Below, piece by piece: positions 45,077 through 55,151 of a stretch of 64,000 nucleotides of DNA. A model generated the notes under the pieces. It searched no databases. It was not told the DNA's origin and was given only the letters and a program-made list of their open reading frames with translations. The translations under genes and the position numbers were made by a program. The DNA comes from an uncultured Gammaproteobacteria bacterium. GTDB taxonomy: Bacteria; Patescibacteriota; Microgenomatia; UBA8517. Position 1 is the stretch's first letter. Every line of letters starts with the position of its first letter. The stretch lies in assembly GCA_964494885.1 (NCBI GenBank), contig CAZBTH010000003.1, positions 5,983 through 69,982 on the forward strand, written 5' to 3'.

Positions 45077-45547
45077 CTAGTCAAATGTGACCGTGGTCTG
45101 CTGGATCAGGTTTATTCCGTCGACTGCGGCTTGAATTATATAAAGGCCGGTTGAAGATTCAGAGGAGATATCAAAAGTGGCCCTCCCCTGAGGGTCTGTA
45201 ACCGGCTGAATTGCCATAACCTGTAACAAATTGCCGCTACCGACAACAACTGTTTTTCCGGAAATTCCCAGGCCACGGTTATCTAAAATAAAAACTGTTA
45301 TTCTAATCTTTTCTCCCCCTGTTTTAGCTCTTAACGGCGAGGCAAAGACATATGAATTTTCCAGAGATAAGTCTTGAGAACCTCCGGATTGGGTTACAGA
45401 AGAAGTCAGAGAATATGCGGAACTTCTAAATAACTGCGGGCCGCGTATAAAATATAATATTAAGATAAGCACAAGCAGCAAAACAACAATAACAATAAGA
45501 GTATAGATCGCATACTTTGGCCACCTAGGCAAATTATTTTCATTCAT
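45077..45547 (-). CDS. Single-TM protein with Big_1-like Ig domain
   Basis: ITVFILDNRG...TDPQGRATF pattern. Confidence 0.75.
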   Translation of the reverse strand: MNENNLPRWPKYAIYTLIVIVVLLLVLILILYFIRGPQLFRSSAYSLTSSVTQSGGSQDLSLENSYVFASPLRAKTGGEKIRITVFILDNRGLGISGKTVVVGSGNLLQVMAIQPVTDPQGRATFDISSESSTGLYIIQAAVDGINLIQQTTVTFD

Positions 45548-45670
45548 GATATAATTAATACTAAGCTTAATACATACGCATTTGCAAGCATCTAAAAAGT
45601 TAAACCTCACTCCCCTGCCTCCGGTAAATATAATAGCCAAAAGTTCGGTCTAAAAGGAGGGTAATTTTTC

Positions 45671-45697
45671 CTAGCACTCATTTTCTCCATCTGCTAA
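45671..45697. promoter_or_regulatory. Degenerate CIRCE-like operator
   Basis: CTAGCACTC-N9-ATCTGCTAA compared with the consensus TTAGCACTC-N9-GAGTGCTAA. Confidence 0.4.
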
Positions 45698-45887
45698 TCA
45701 CAGCCGTATCGCCGAAGTATAAAAATATAATATAAAATTATTTAAGCAGAGGCTGCAATCGAACATTTTTATAGAGACGTTCTTCTAAAACGATTACATT
45801 CTCCGCAAAAAAATTTGGCAGTAAGTAATAAACGCAGTTTTCCGCAAACTAAACTCCATGCCTGTTTTTTTGGAAGAAAACAGGCAT

Positions 45888-45928
45888 TTATAAACATTAT
45901 AAACGTTATAAAATTTATAAATATTATA
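45888..45928. repeat. 9-nt TATAA array, same family as four-helix gene D repeats
   Basis: tataaacat tataaacgt tataaaatt tataaatat tata. Confidence 0.75.
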
Positions 45929-46087
45929 TTTTCGTGCGGAAAAGACGTGCGTTAATTATACTACAAGTACTGTGAAAGTAAATTCTAATATTTAAAAGGG
46001 ATGATATGGTAAATACCCTTGACAGGCTTGAATAATATTTTAATAATAGTCTAATTAGTATAATTTGTATAATCTAGCCTTAATAAC

Positions 46088-46603
46088 ATGCTCACCAACT
46101 CAATCGATTCGACTCAAAAAAACTTCTTAAAATACCTAGACACTCTTGGTTTATCCCCCAAAACGCATAAAAACTACAGAAGTGATCTCAACCATTTTAT
46201 TGACTGGCTAATATTACACATCAAATCAATGGGATCATACGTTGATACCCTGACTGAGACCGTCCCTTTTTTGAACAAAGACATACCTTTGAAATATAAA
46301 TCGTTCTTAACAGAAAACAATACTCCAATCAAAACAATTAACCGACGCCTCTCCACACTAAGACATTTAACCAGATATTTTGTGATTTCGAATCTAATTA
46401 CCACGGATATTATGGAGGATATTGAAAATATAAGCTCAGGGAATAAGGTAATAAAAAATATATCAGCTCCCATAGTTGATGCATTCCGAATGCATCTTGA
46501 AACCGAAAAAGTTTCTAAAAACACCGTCAAAAATTATGTAAGCGATATTAGACAATTTTTGTCATGGCTAGAAAAAACAAATTCGTCAAATCTGACCAGT
46601 TAG
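46088..46603 (+). CDS. Integrase N-terminal SAM-like (core-binding) domain protein with no catalytic domain
   Basis: SPKTHKNYRSDLNHF, KTINRRLSTLR and a second SKNTVKNYVSDIRQF. Confidence 0.85.
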   Translation: MLTNSIDSTQKNFLKYLDTLGLSPKTHKNYRSDLNHFIDWLILHIKSMGSYVDTLTETVPFLNKDIPLKYKSFLTENNTPIKTINRRLSTLRHLTRYFVISNLITTDIMEDIENISSGNKVIKNISAPIVDAFRMHLETEKVSKNTVKNYVSDIRQFLSWLEKTNSSNLTS

Positions 46604-46613
46604 TCTAATTTAC

Positions 46614-49600
46614 ATGGACAAACTACCAAAACTAACATCGAAAATAATCAAATCCTATCAAAATGAGATTGCCAGAAGTGATTCGGCCGCAACCGCAAAG
46701 AGAAAAATAGTTTCTTTGAAAAAATTTCTTGATTGGGCAAAAACCAAAGGCCTTATAGATATAAATTTGGAAGAGACAATCATTACTCAGGCTAAAAACG
46801 AAACAAAATTCCCCGCAAAAAAAGCGTTAAATATCAGATTCCAGAACTTATACAAAAGATATCGCAATATACCAGGAACTTCTTATTTGAATATTGCAAT
46901 ACTTGTAATCCTATCCTCCACCTTAGGACTCGGTATATACAATCAATTCTTTAAAAACGCCACAAACCCATTTGCTGCAACGTCTTTAGTTCGACCTAAC
47001 CGCTATCTTTCTTTTCAGGGCAGATTAACTAATCAATTTTTGAATCCGGTTACAGCTGTAACAAGTGTAGTTTTTACTCTATATGACGCGGCAAGCTCCG
47101 GTACCACGCTTTGGACCGGCACCTGTAATGTAACTCCGGATACGGATGGGGTTTTTTCAACCCTTCTTGGAAGCGACTGCGGTTCGGAGATTTCCAGTAG
47201 TGTTTTTTCTGACAATGCCAGTGTTTGGCTGGGAGTTAAAGTCGCAGCAGACGCTGAGGCCACCCCCAGAATCCAGATTGCAACTGTTGCCTATGCCCTA
47301 AATTCGGAAACTCTTCAGGGATACCCGGCCTCTTCAAGTGCAACAATTAACACAGTGCCCGTGGTCAACAACTCAGGACAAATTGTCTTGGCGGTGAGCT
47401 CCCCTAAAATTCAATCCACGACAGGTACCTTTGCAATCGAAGGGCAGGCCATAACAATACAAACTCCAAGTGCATCAAATGGTAATGTTACTATAGCACC
47501 GGATGGCACGGGACAGCTTAACTTGACATTTACAGGCGCCTCCCCGGGGTCTGGAACCGGAATGGTGAACGCAACCGACGCCAACTTAACCTCCGGTTCC
47601 TTGTATTACGGTTCGGTTGCTTCTGACGCATCAGGTTACAACCTTTTGCAGTTACAATCCGGATCCACTCTTTCCAATAAATTCGTAGTCGATTCAGCCG
47701 GAAACGCATCTGCATCGGGTGATTTAACTTTGGCGGGAGTTAGTTCGATCCAAACAACAACATTTAGTCCCCTTACCATTGGCGGAAGTACAACAGGAAA
47801 TATAGTACTATCACCATCAAACAATATCGCGGGGGGCAATGTTTCGCCTGGAGTTACAAATGTGACCGATCTAGGAACCGCTTCCCTCTTGTTTAGGAAT
47901 ATTTATGCAACAACTTTGTACCAAGGCGTCAACCAAGTCTGTGATGCCGGGGGTGGGGTTGCAGGATGCGCAGGCGCAAACTACTGGAGACTTGCCAATA
48001 ATGTCCTTTCCCCTATCCAAGTTGCATATGATTTGACAATCGGCGGAAGCGCAACAGGTAGCGCCTTCCAGGTTTATGCCGCAACGGGAAATGTGGCTTC
48101 AGCCGGAGTAGGACAATTTGGTAGTACCTCGGTGTCAACCTATTCGAGGTTTGGGTCAGCAACTACAGAGCATTCTCTTTCTTCAGCCAGCGATCTCTTG
48201 GTAAACGGAAAGTTGGAACTTAACGATACTCTCTTTCTCGACGGAGGAACAATTGCAAACTCTGCAGGCACGGGAACTATTACTTTTTCCCCTACACCAA
48301 CAACAGCCTCCAACGCCCTTTCCGCAAGCAACTGGCTTATAGAAAATACCGCCAATGTTGGTCAAGCGGCCCTTATGGTTAATCAGGTAAAAGGTGGGGA
48401 TATTTTTACAGCCTCTCAATCAGGAATTCCCGTATTTACGGTGGCCCACCTGGCAGGTACAGTGGCTAACGGCATAACTTTAACTGGTGCGGCTACAGGC
48501 AGCGGCCCAACCATAACAGCAACCGGTTCCGACACAAACATAGCACTTTCCATAGATTCAAAGGGTACCGGAGCATTAAATTTGAATAATACTGCAACAG
48601 GGGATATTCTCTTGGCAGGAGGAGTTGGAGCAACGGGATGCACACTAACCAACTCCACCGGCGCGCTTTCTTGCGCTGGAAACATATCAACAACTGCCAC
48701 AAGTGGAACTCAAGGCTGGTGGCAGCGTGTTGCCGGTAACCTATCTCCGATTAATCTTAATGATACTATTTCTGCCACCACCTCGGCCGCTACAGCCATG
48801 ACCATCACCCAAACCGGCGCTTTCGACGCTTTCTTGGTACAAGACGCGGCTGGTGACACCACTCCATTTGTCATCGACCAATCGGGCAACGTCGGCATTG
48901 GTGACACCACTCCAAGTTATTTACTTGATGTTGCAGGTACTCTTAATTCAACGGGAAGCACCACGCTTGGAACCGGAGCTTCTTCAGTTAATGTTATTGG
49001 TTCTACCACCACTCCAGGAACATTAACTTTACATGGAGCTACAACTCTAGACGACACTTTCACAGTATCTGGAAATAACTTAACATCTCTAGGAGGCAAT
49101 CTCACTCTTAGCGGTACCACAATTACCGCTTCCTCGCTTGCTACACTAACAACTTCATCTGCAGTTGCTTGGGGTGGGGCTACCGAGCTTACCTTTACTG
49201 CTGATAACGCAACTATCTATGGATCGAATGCTGCTAGTGGAAACCTTATTCTTGATGGGACTAGTAATGCTACAAAAACTTCCAGTTATGTGATTATCCA
49301 ACCAAATGGTGGCAACGTCGGAATCGGTACTTCTGCACCTACGGCTACATTAGAAATATTAGCTGATGTTGATACTCCTTCAGGTAACGCCATAGAGGTT
49401 CAAGCGGTCGAATCAGCTAATCTTAACGACCAAGATGCTGATGATATTACTTTCACAAATGCTACAACATGCTGGACATACGGTGCCGGCTGGGCTCGTT
49501 CTGGTGGGACGGCCCTTCATTCCGCGTTAGTAGGTACTGAAAATTTATCTTGCAATTTAACAGACGGCTATATTGATAATAATCAAATATATAGAATGAC

Positions 49601-51497
49601 TTTTGATATGGGAGGAAGAACAGCTGGCACTGTCACTCCAAAAGTTGGAACGGCAGCTCACGATGCAATTAGTGCTAATGGTTCATACGATCTTACCTTC
49701 GACGCTACAGCTAATAATACAGATATAATTTTTACTCCTGACATTAATTTTAACGGTTATATTGATAATGTTTATATCTATCGAAGAGCCGTCAATACTG
49801 TTATTTCTGATACTGGAAGAGTGGGTATTGGACGAGCAACACCTGCATACTTTCTTGATGTTTTGGCTCCGGAAAATGGAGTCATTGCCAGATTCTTAAG
49901 TGACAACACCACTGGTTGTACTTTGGCAACTGGAGGTACTATTTCTTGTACTTCAGATGTCCGGCTAAAACAGGATATTGAAGACACTTCTTTTGGCCTA
50001 GATACTATTATGAACTTAAGACCAGTAGATTTTAACTGGAAAAGCGGAGCTTCAATTTATAAAAACCTTGGTTTTATTGCCCAAGAAGTTGAAACGCTTA
50101 TCCCTAATCTGGTTAACGTTGATCAAGATAATGGTTACAAACAACTCAATACAACAGGGCTTATTCCTGTCCTCACAAAAGCTATACAAGAACAGCAAAT
50201 ACAAATTTCTACCCTCTCCACCCAACTCGCGGATTTAAAGATCAATTCTACAGGCGATATCACTTTATCCGGTAATCCAGTTTCCGGTTATACTGTCTCT
50301 ACTCCTATCGGCATTACTCAAAAAATTGGTGCTTTTGCCAATTTAGTTGCTGCAAATATACACGCAGGGGCGCTGATTACTGATGAACTGCTTACTGATA
50401 AACTGAATGCGGTTGTAGCAACAGTTCAAAAGCTGACAACTAATAGTTTAGCGGTTAAACTGATATCCCCTCTTCCTGATCAAACTGACGTTACAGTAAA
50501 ACTCGGAGGTGAGGCAACACCATCAGGAAAACTGGCGATTCAAAACTCACAAGGTGATGAAGTGGCTGCTATCGATTCGTCTGGCAACGCAACATTCTCC
50601 GGTACAGTAAACAGTAACCAGTTAACAGTAAACAGTGAAGCAACTATTTCCGGAACTCTTTTTGCAGACAACATAAAATCAAAAAGTCTGGATGAAATTC
50701 AAGCACTTTTGACAAAAGTCCAGACTGACCAGGGTCTTCTAAAGGACGCTCAAAGCTGGAACACCAACACCGCAACAAACTCAGCAACTCTCTCAGGTCT
50801 TTCCGCCAGTGATCTATATATAACAAACCAGGCCGCAATTAATTCACTGTCTATTTCTAAAACTTTAGCTGTCGGTTCTGATCTTGTATTTAGTTCCTCA
50901 GTCAACAGTGAACAGTCAACAGTGAACAGCATTGACACTTTGTCTGCTCCACTTCGGATTCAGAGTTTGACAATGGCACCAGTTGAGCTTATGGCCGGAC
51001 TTGTAACAATAGATACACACGGAAATGTTACGATCGGCGGAGACTTGAATGTAGCAGGCAGAATACACTCCTCCGGTCTAACCTTGCAAGGAACAAACTT
51101 ACAAGATGACAAAATTCTTAATCTCCAAAGTCAAACCGGAATCCTGGTCGCCTCGGTGGACGCAAGTGGATCGGCCGAATTCGAATCAGTTTATACTCCC
51201 CAACTTATTATTGCGGGGGCTGACGCAACAACCCCAGGTGCTGTGGTAAACGGAGCAACAACAACAAACTCAACAATCGGACATACGATAATACCGGCAG
51301 GAACAAATGAGATAACAATTATCAATCCCAAGGTTACCGACTATACCCTAATCTATGTGACACCAACCTCGTCAACCCAAAATAATGTATTATATGTAAA
51401 GAGCAAACAAAAAGGACAATTCACAGTTGGATTTGCAATCCCGATTGATACAGACGTCTCATTCAATTGGTGGATAGTCCAGGTACAAAAATGGTAA
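46614..51497 (+). CDS. Giant membrane-anchored fibre/adhesin-like protein with peptidase S74 chaperone domain
   Basis: N-terminal SAATAKRKIVSLKKFLDWA, one TM, G/T/S-rich body with GNVGIG motifs, SDVRLKQDI...LRPVDFNWK...GFIAQEV from about 49953. Confidence 0.88.
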   Translation: MDKLPKLTSKIIKSYQNEIARSDSAATAKRKIVSLKKFLDWAKTKGLIDINLEETIITQAKNETKFPAKKALNIRFQNLYKRYRNIPGTSYLNIAILVILSSTLGLGIYNQFFKNATNPFAATSLVRPNRYLSFQGRLTNQFLNPVTAVTSVVFTLYDAASSGTTLWTGTCNVTPDTDGVFSTLLGSDCGSEISSSVFSDNASVWLGVKVAADAEATPRIQIATVAYALNSETLQGYPASSSATINTVPVVNNSGQIVLAVSSPKIQSTTGTFAIEGQAITIQTPSASNGNVTIAPDGTGQLNLTFTGASPGSGTGMVNATDANLTSGSLYYGSVASDASGYNLLQLQSGSTLSNKFVVDSAGNASASGDLTLAGVSSIQTTTFSPLTIGGSTTGNIVLSPSNNIAGGNVSPGVTNVTDLGTASLLFRNIYATTLYQGVNQVCDAGGGVAGCAGANYWRLANNVLSPIQVAYDLTIGGSATGSAFQVYAATGNVASAGVGQFGSTSVSTYSRFGSATTEHSLSSASDLLVNGKLELNDTLFLDGGTIANSAGTGTITFSPTPTTASNALSASNWLIENTANVGQAALMVNQVKGGDIFTASQSGIPVFTVAHLAGTVANGITLTGAATGSGPTITATGSDTNIALSIDSKGTGALNLNNTATGDILLAGGVGATGCTLTNSTGALSCAGNISTTATSGTQGWWQRVAGNLSPINLNDTISATTSAATAMTITQTGAFDAFLVQDAAGDTTPFVIDQSGNVGIGDTTPSYLLDVAGTLNSTGSTTLGTGASSVNVIGSTTTPGTLTLHGATTLDDTFTVSGNNLTSLGGNLTLSGTTITASSLATLTTSSAVAWGGATELTFTADNATIYGSNAASGNLILDGTSNATKTSSYVIIQPNGGNVGIGTSAPTATLEILADVDTPSGNAIEVQAVESANLNDQDADDITFTNATTCWTYGAGWARSGGTALHSALVGTENLSCNLTDGYIDNNQIYRMTFDMGGRTAGTVTPKVGTAAHDAISANGSYDLTFDATANNTDIIFTPDINFNGYIDNVYIYRRAVNTVISDTGRVGIGRATPAYFLDVLAPENGVIARFLSDNTTGCTLATGGTISCTSDVRLKQDIEDTSFGLDTIMNLRPVDFNWKSGASIYKNLGFIAQEVETLIPNLVNVDQDNGYKQLNTTGLIPVLTKAIQEQQIQISTLSTQLADLKINSTGDITLSGNPVSGYTVSTPIGITQKIGAFANLVAANIHAGALITDELLTDKLNAVVATVQKLTTNSLAVKLISPLPDQTDVTVKLGGEATPSGKLAIQNSQGDEVAAIDSSGNATFSGTVNSNQLTVNSEATISGTLFADNIKSKSLDEIQALLTKVQTDQGLLKDAQSWNTNTATNSATLSGLSASDLYITNQAAINSLSISKTLAVGSDLVFSSSVNSEQSTVNSIDTLSAPLRIQSLTMAPVELMAGLVTIDTHGNVTIGGDLNVAGRIHSSGLTLQGTNLQDDKILNLQSQTGILVASVDASGSAEFESVYTPQLIIAGADATTPGAVVNGATTTNSTIGHTIIPAGTNEITIINPKVTDYTLIYVTPTSSTQNNVLYVKSKQKGQFTVGFAIPIDTDVSFNWWIVQVQKW

Positions 51498-53416
51498 AAA
51501 CATTAGAAGAAATCCAAAAATACATCCTTTACATAATAATAGCGATATTCCCTATTTTTATATTCATTAGCTCGACCTCACCCGAAGTTCTTTCTAAATT
51601 GATATTGCTCGCAATCGGCATAACTATCGTCATGGCAACTTGGATCATTAGAATGATCATAACCGGCAACATATCTTTCCATACAGGCAAATTTGATCTA
51701 GGAGTTCTTCTTATAACCCTCGCTTATGTTCTTTCGGGGATATTTAGGACCAATAACAAACCTGAGGCTTTCTTTATGCCCGGTACAGCCTCTTTTGTGG
51801 TTGCTCTGGCGATAATTTATTTCTTAATAAATCAACTGGATAAAAAAGCTAAAACAGAGTCTTTAGTTTCATTTTTTACTTCCGGTATATTCCTTTCTTT
51901 ATCCGTAATCTTTAGCGAACTTGAAATATTTACAAAAATTCCTCAACTTCCCGCATTTATAAAAAGTGTGTCATTTAACCCACTCGGAGGAATTTTACCG
52001 TCAATAATCTATCTGGTTCCGACGGCGCTTATCGGGATTTCGTTAATTATAAAGGACAGTGATATCGTCAAAAGGGTTTTTTGGATTGTGGCAAACGCCT
52101 TAGTTGTTATGGCTATGATAATTCTGATCGGAAAGTCATTCCCCGGAAATGTCCAATCACCGAAATTTCCAAGCCTACAGACTTCTTGGGAGGTTGCAGT
52201 TGGAACTGTTGCAAAAAACCCGATTTTTGGAATAGGTGCGGGAAATTACTTAACCGCGTTCAATCTTTATCGCCCTGTTACTTATAATCAAACAGATCTC
52301 TGGTCAGTTAAGTTTTCAACAGCAAGCAATTTTTATCTGACTACGATCACTGAAACCGGTTTATTAGGATTGGCCACCTTGGCCTTTTTACTGTTAAGTA
52401 TTCTCAGATTCTTTGCGCACTCCCTGACTGCAAAAAACATGAATGAGGCATTAAGTGAAGGTCTGGAAAAGCTGGCTATTGCCGCCATTGTTATAATCCT
52501 GGCATTTTACCCCGCCTCCCCCATATTTGTGATCTTTCCGCTTTTTGTTCTTTTGGGTGTATTTTCGAAATCGGAAACCAAAACTTTTACTGCCTCAAAT
52601 ACAAAATTTGCAACAATTACGATTGGAATTATTTTGGGAATAGGAGTCGCTCTTGCCAATTTCTTTGGAGCCAAGGCGGTCATTGCCGAAGCCACATTTA
52701 AAAAATCCCTTGACTCTCTCAGTAAAAATGACGCAAAACAAACTTTTGATTTAATGCAAAAGTCAATACAAGGAAACTCCGGAATTGACAGATATCACGC
52801 CTCCCTCGCCCAGGTTGACATGGCTCTTGCACAATCAATCGCAAACAAGAAAGACATTACAGATTTCGACAAAAATACAATTACCCAACTGGTACAGCAG
52901 GCAATCACAGAAGGTAAAGCAACTGTTGCCCTCAACCCCGAAAGATCGGGCAACTGGGAGGTGTTGGCACAGGTATATCGAAGTGTAATGCCATTTGCTA
53001 CCGGTGCCGATCAATTCACGATTCAATCTTATTCTCAGGCAATAGCATTAGATCCAATAAATCCAAATCTACGAATAGCATTGGGTGGTGTTTATTACGC
53101 CCAGGGGCGCTACGACGATGCTGTCGATGTCTTTAAGCTTGCCATTCTCGCAAAACCGGACCTTGCTAACGCCCATTACAATTTGGCAATGACCTATAAG
53201 GCAAAGAGGGAATATGCCAAAGCAATAACCGAGATGAATTTGGTCCTATCTCTGGTTGCCAAAGATTCAGACGACTACAAATTGGCAAAAAGTGAACTCG
53301 ATAATTTGATGAAAGATAAACCGGTTTCTGTCAATACTGTCGACGGGCAGGGTCAGTTGACTGCCCCACAATCTGTAAATCCCAGCAATATCAAGCCACC
53401 AATTCCCCTTCCCTGA
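51491..53416 (+). CDS. O-antigen-ligase-like membrane protein with C-terminal TPRs
   Basis: About 12 TMs, PIFGIGAGNY...N.YL...ETGLLG, and TPR repeats. Confidence 0.82.
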   Translation: MVKTLEEIQKYILYIIIAIFPIFIFISSTSPEVLSKLILLAIGITIVMATWIIRMIITGNISFHTGKFDLGVLLITLAYVLSGIFRTNNKPEAFFMPGTASFVVALAIIYFLINQLDKKAKTESLVSFFTSGIFLSLSVIFSELEIFTKIPQLPAFIKSVSFNPLGGILPSIIYLVPTALIGISLIIKDSDIVKRVFWIVANALVVMAMIILIGKSFPGNVQSPKFPSLQTSWEVAVGTVAKNPIFGIGAGNYLTAFNLYRPVTYNQTDLWSVKFSTASNFYLTTITETGLLGLATLAFLLLSILRFFAHSLTAKNMNEALSEGLEKLAIAAIVIILAFYPASPIFVIFPLFVLLGVFSKSETKTFTASNTKFATITIGIILGIGVALANFFGAKAVIAEATFKKSLDSLSKNDAKQTFDLMQKSIQGNSGIDRYHASLAQVDMALAQSIANKKDITDFDKNTITQLVQQAITEGKATVALNPERSGNWEVLAQVYRSVMPFATGADQFTIQSYSQAIALDPINPNLRIALGGVYYAQGRYDDAVDVFKLAILAKPDLANAHYNLAMTYKAKREYAKAITEMNLVLSLVAKDSDDYKLAKSELDNLMKDKPVSVNTVDGQGQLTAPQSVNPSNIKPPIPLP

Positions 53417-53441
53417 AAAACGAAATTTAATTTATTTTCTA

Positions 53442-53945
53442 TTATGGAGTTGCTGTCGGACTTACCTCGGGTGTTATCGTCGGCGCCGGTGTTGCCTTGG
53501 CCTTGGTTGAAGCAGACGGCGACAGATCTGGACTTGGTACCTGATTATTTATGTTAACCGCTCCAACCTCAACAATCATATTTGTAGAAGGCCTGTATAA
53601 AATAGCCTTTGCCGCCTTCTGGTAAATTAAAACCTTGTCGTCGTTTTGAGCCTTGGCAAAAAACGGTTGATCTTTAACTTTTGAAGCATCGGTCACTGTT
53701 GCCACTGTAGGCTTTTCGTCGTCCGGAAGTGAAATAAGCTTGCCAACCTGGGCTACTAAAGCATCTACCTCTGCTTGAACTGCCGCAGCTCCTTTAGAAA
53801 GTCCGAACCATTCAGGTTTTTGTTGAGCCGTAAATATTCCTCCAGCAGCTCCAAGAGCAATAATTAAGATATAAGGAATAAGTCTGAAAATTAAAAACCC
53901 CAACCCCCTACTTTTCTTCTGTCCTTCGTCCGTTTGGGCTTCCAT
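53442..53945 (-). CDS. Single-TM conserved hypothetical protein
   Basis: TM, LPDDEKPTVATVTD domain and a Pro/Thr-rich tail. Confidence 0.8.
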   Translation of the reverse strand: MEAQTDEGQKKSRGLGFLIFRLIPYILIIALGAAGGIFTAQQKPEWFGLSKGAAAVQAEVDALVAQVGKLISLPDDEKPTVATVTDASKVKDQPFFAKAQNDDKVLIYQKAAKAILYRPSTNMIVEVGAVNINNQVPSPDLSPSASTKAKATPAPTITPEVSPTATP

Positions 53946-54000
53946 GTTAATAATTTATACCACCGGCAACATCCATATGCAAGACCTTATGCATTTAATG

Positions 54001-55077
54001 TCACGGCAATGTTTCTGGGGGGGTTGAACCGGAATGGATTTGGTGCTCTTTGGTGGCGCCCTCTTTATATCCACCAATCTTGGAGATACGGACGGCGATT
54101 ATCAGAAATCCCAGAAACGCAAGCCCCGCCAAACCCAGGTTTGTGAAATAAAATGGAGTAAGAAATTCTAAAGCGTCGATTGCCGGAGTCGTAACAACCA
54201 ACATCCAATGATGATTTCCAACTACAATCGGTGAAGCGGCAATCAAAAACCGCGTCAATACTCCGTTTTTGTTTTCGTCTGGTAATGCAATGTCCAATTT
54301 GAACTCATCGTCGGACAAAAACGCATTTTTCAGTTTTTGTACCAACAAGTCGCTCCCCACAATCCCGGATTTAGTCAGATAATCAAAGTAATTTATTCCA
54401 ACAAGTTCTTTAGCAGGACCTGAAAAAATTACTCCGTTCTGATCAAATAAATATACTCTTGTGTTGTTGGTAATTTTTAACGAATCCAAATAATAAGATG
54501 TTATTTCATCCAACAGGAACGAGGATACAAAAACACCACTGAATTTACCGCCTCTTATGATTGGAGATGCCACAGGAACTACATATCTTCCACTCGCAAA
54601 GCCAATTTTAGATTGGACCGGACTTCCGATAAGGACATCTCCACCCTTGGCGGTCTTTGCCCACATAAAGTACTGTCTATCGGATAAGTCTATCCCTTTT
54701 CCGGTCGGTCCTTGACGATCAAAACCATATTTAACGACACCAGAACCGTCCACGACAACAGCACCCGACACGGATGTATTTTTCCAGCTCTTGACAAACA
54801 TTTCCAAATCTTTTTGTTCGATCTGAGATAAAATGTCGATTCGATTTGAAAACGATGACACTTGATTGCCAAAACTACTCACGAACACTTTTAAGGCGAT
54901 TGATCCGGACCTTGCCGCAACCTGTTCACGGTGAAGCATTTGTTCAACCAAGTTGTCTGCAGCAGCCTTATTCAAAAAAAGGTAGATGACGCCGGCAAAG
55001 AGAATCATTAAAACCCCGAATAGAACAAAAATGTTGTTGTAAGTTTTGAAGAGTATATTTAGAACACCTTTTATCAC
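54001..55077 (-). CDS. Stand-alone dCache sensor-domain membrane protein
   Basis: Two TMs around DLSDRQYF...VPVASPI...GVF; only a short cytoplasmic tail. Confidence 0.8.
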   Translation of the reverse strand: MIKGVLNILFKTYNNIFVLFGVLMILFAGVIYLFLNKAAADNLVEQMLHREQVAARSGSIALKVFVSSFGNQVSSFSNRIDILSQIEQKDLEMFVKSWKNTSVSGAVVVDGSGVVKYGFDRQGPTGKGIDLSDRQYFMWAKTAKGGDVLIGSPVQSKIGFASGRYVVPVASPIIRGGKFSGVFVSSFLLDEITSYYLDSLKITNNTRVYLFDQNGVIFSGPAKELVGINYFDYLTKSGIVGSDLLVQKLKNAFLSDDEFKLDIALPDENKNGVLTRFLIAASPIVVGNHHWMLVVTTPAIDALEFLTPFYFTNLGLAGLAFLGFLIIAVRISKIGGYKEGATKEHQIHSGSTPPETLP

Positions 55078-55151
55078 GGCATAAATAGTATGCCACGAAA
55101 GTTATTAATTATGTCAAGTAGATTTTAAGCATGGTAATGTTAAACTAAACT

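Noticed and set aside
46088-46603. Functional integrase or prophage boundary
   Set aside because: No catalytic R-H-R-Y domain, att repeat or adjacent phage core genes.
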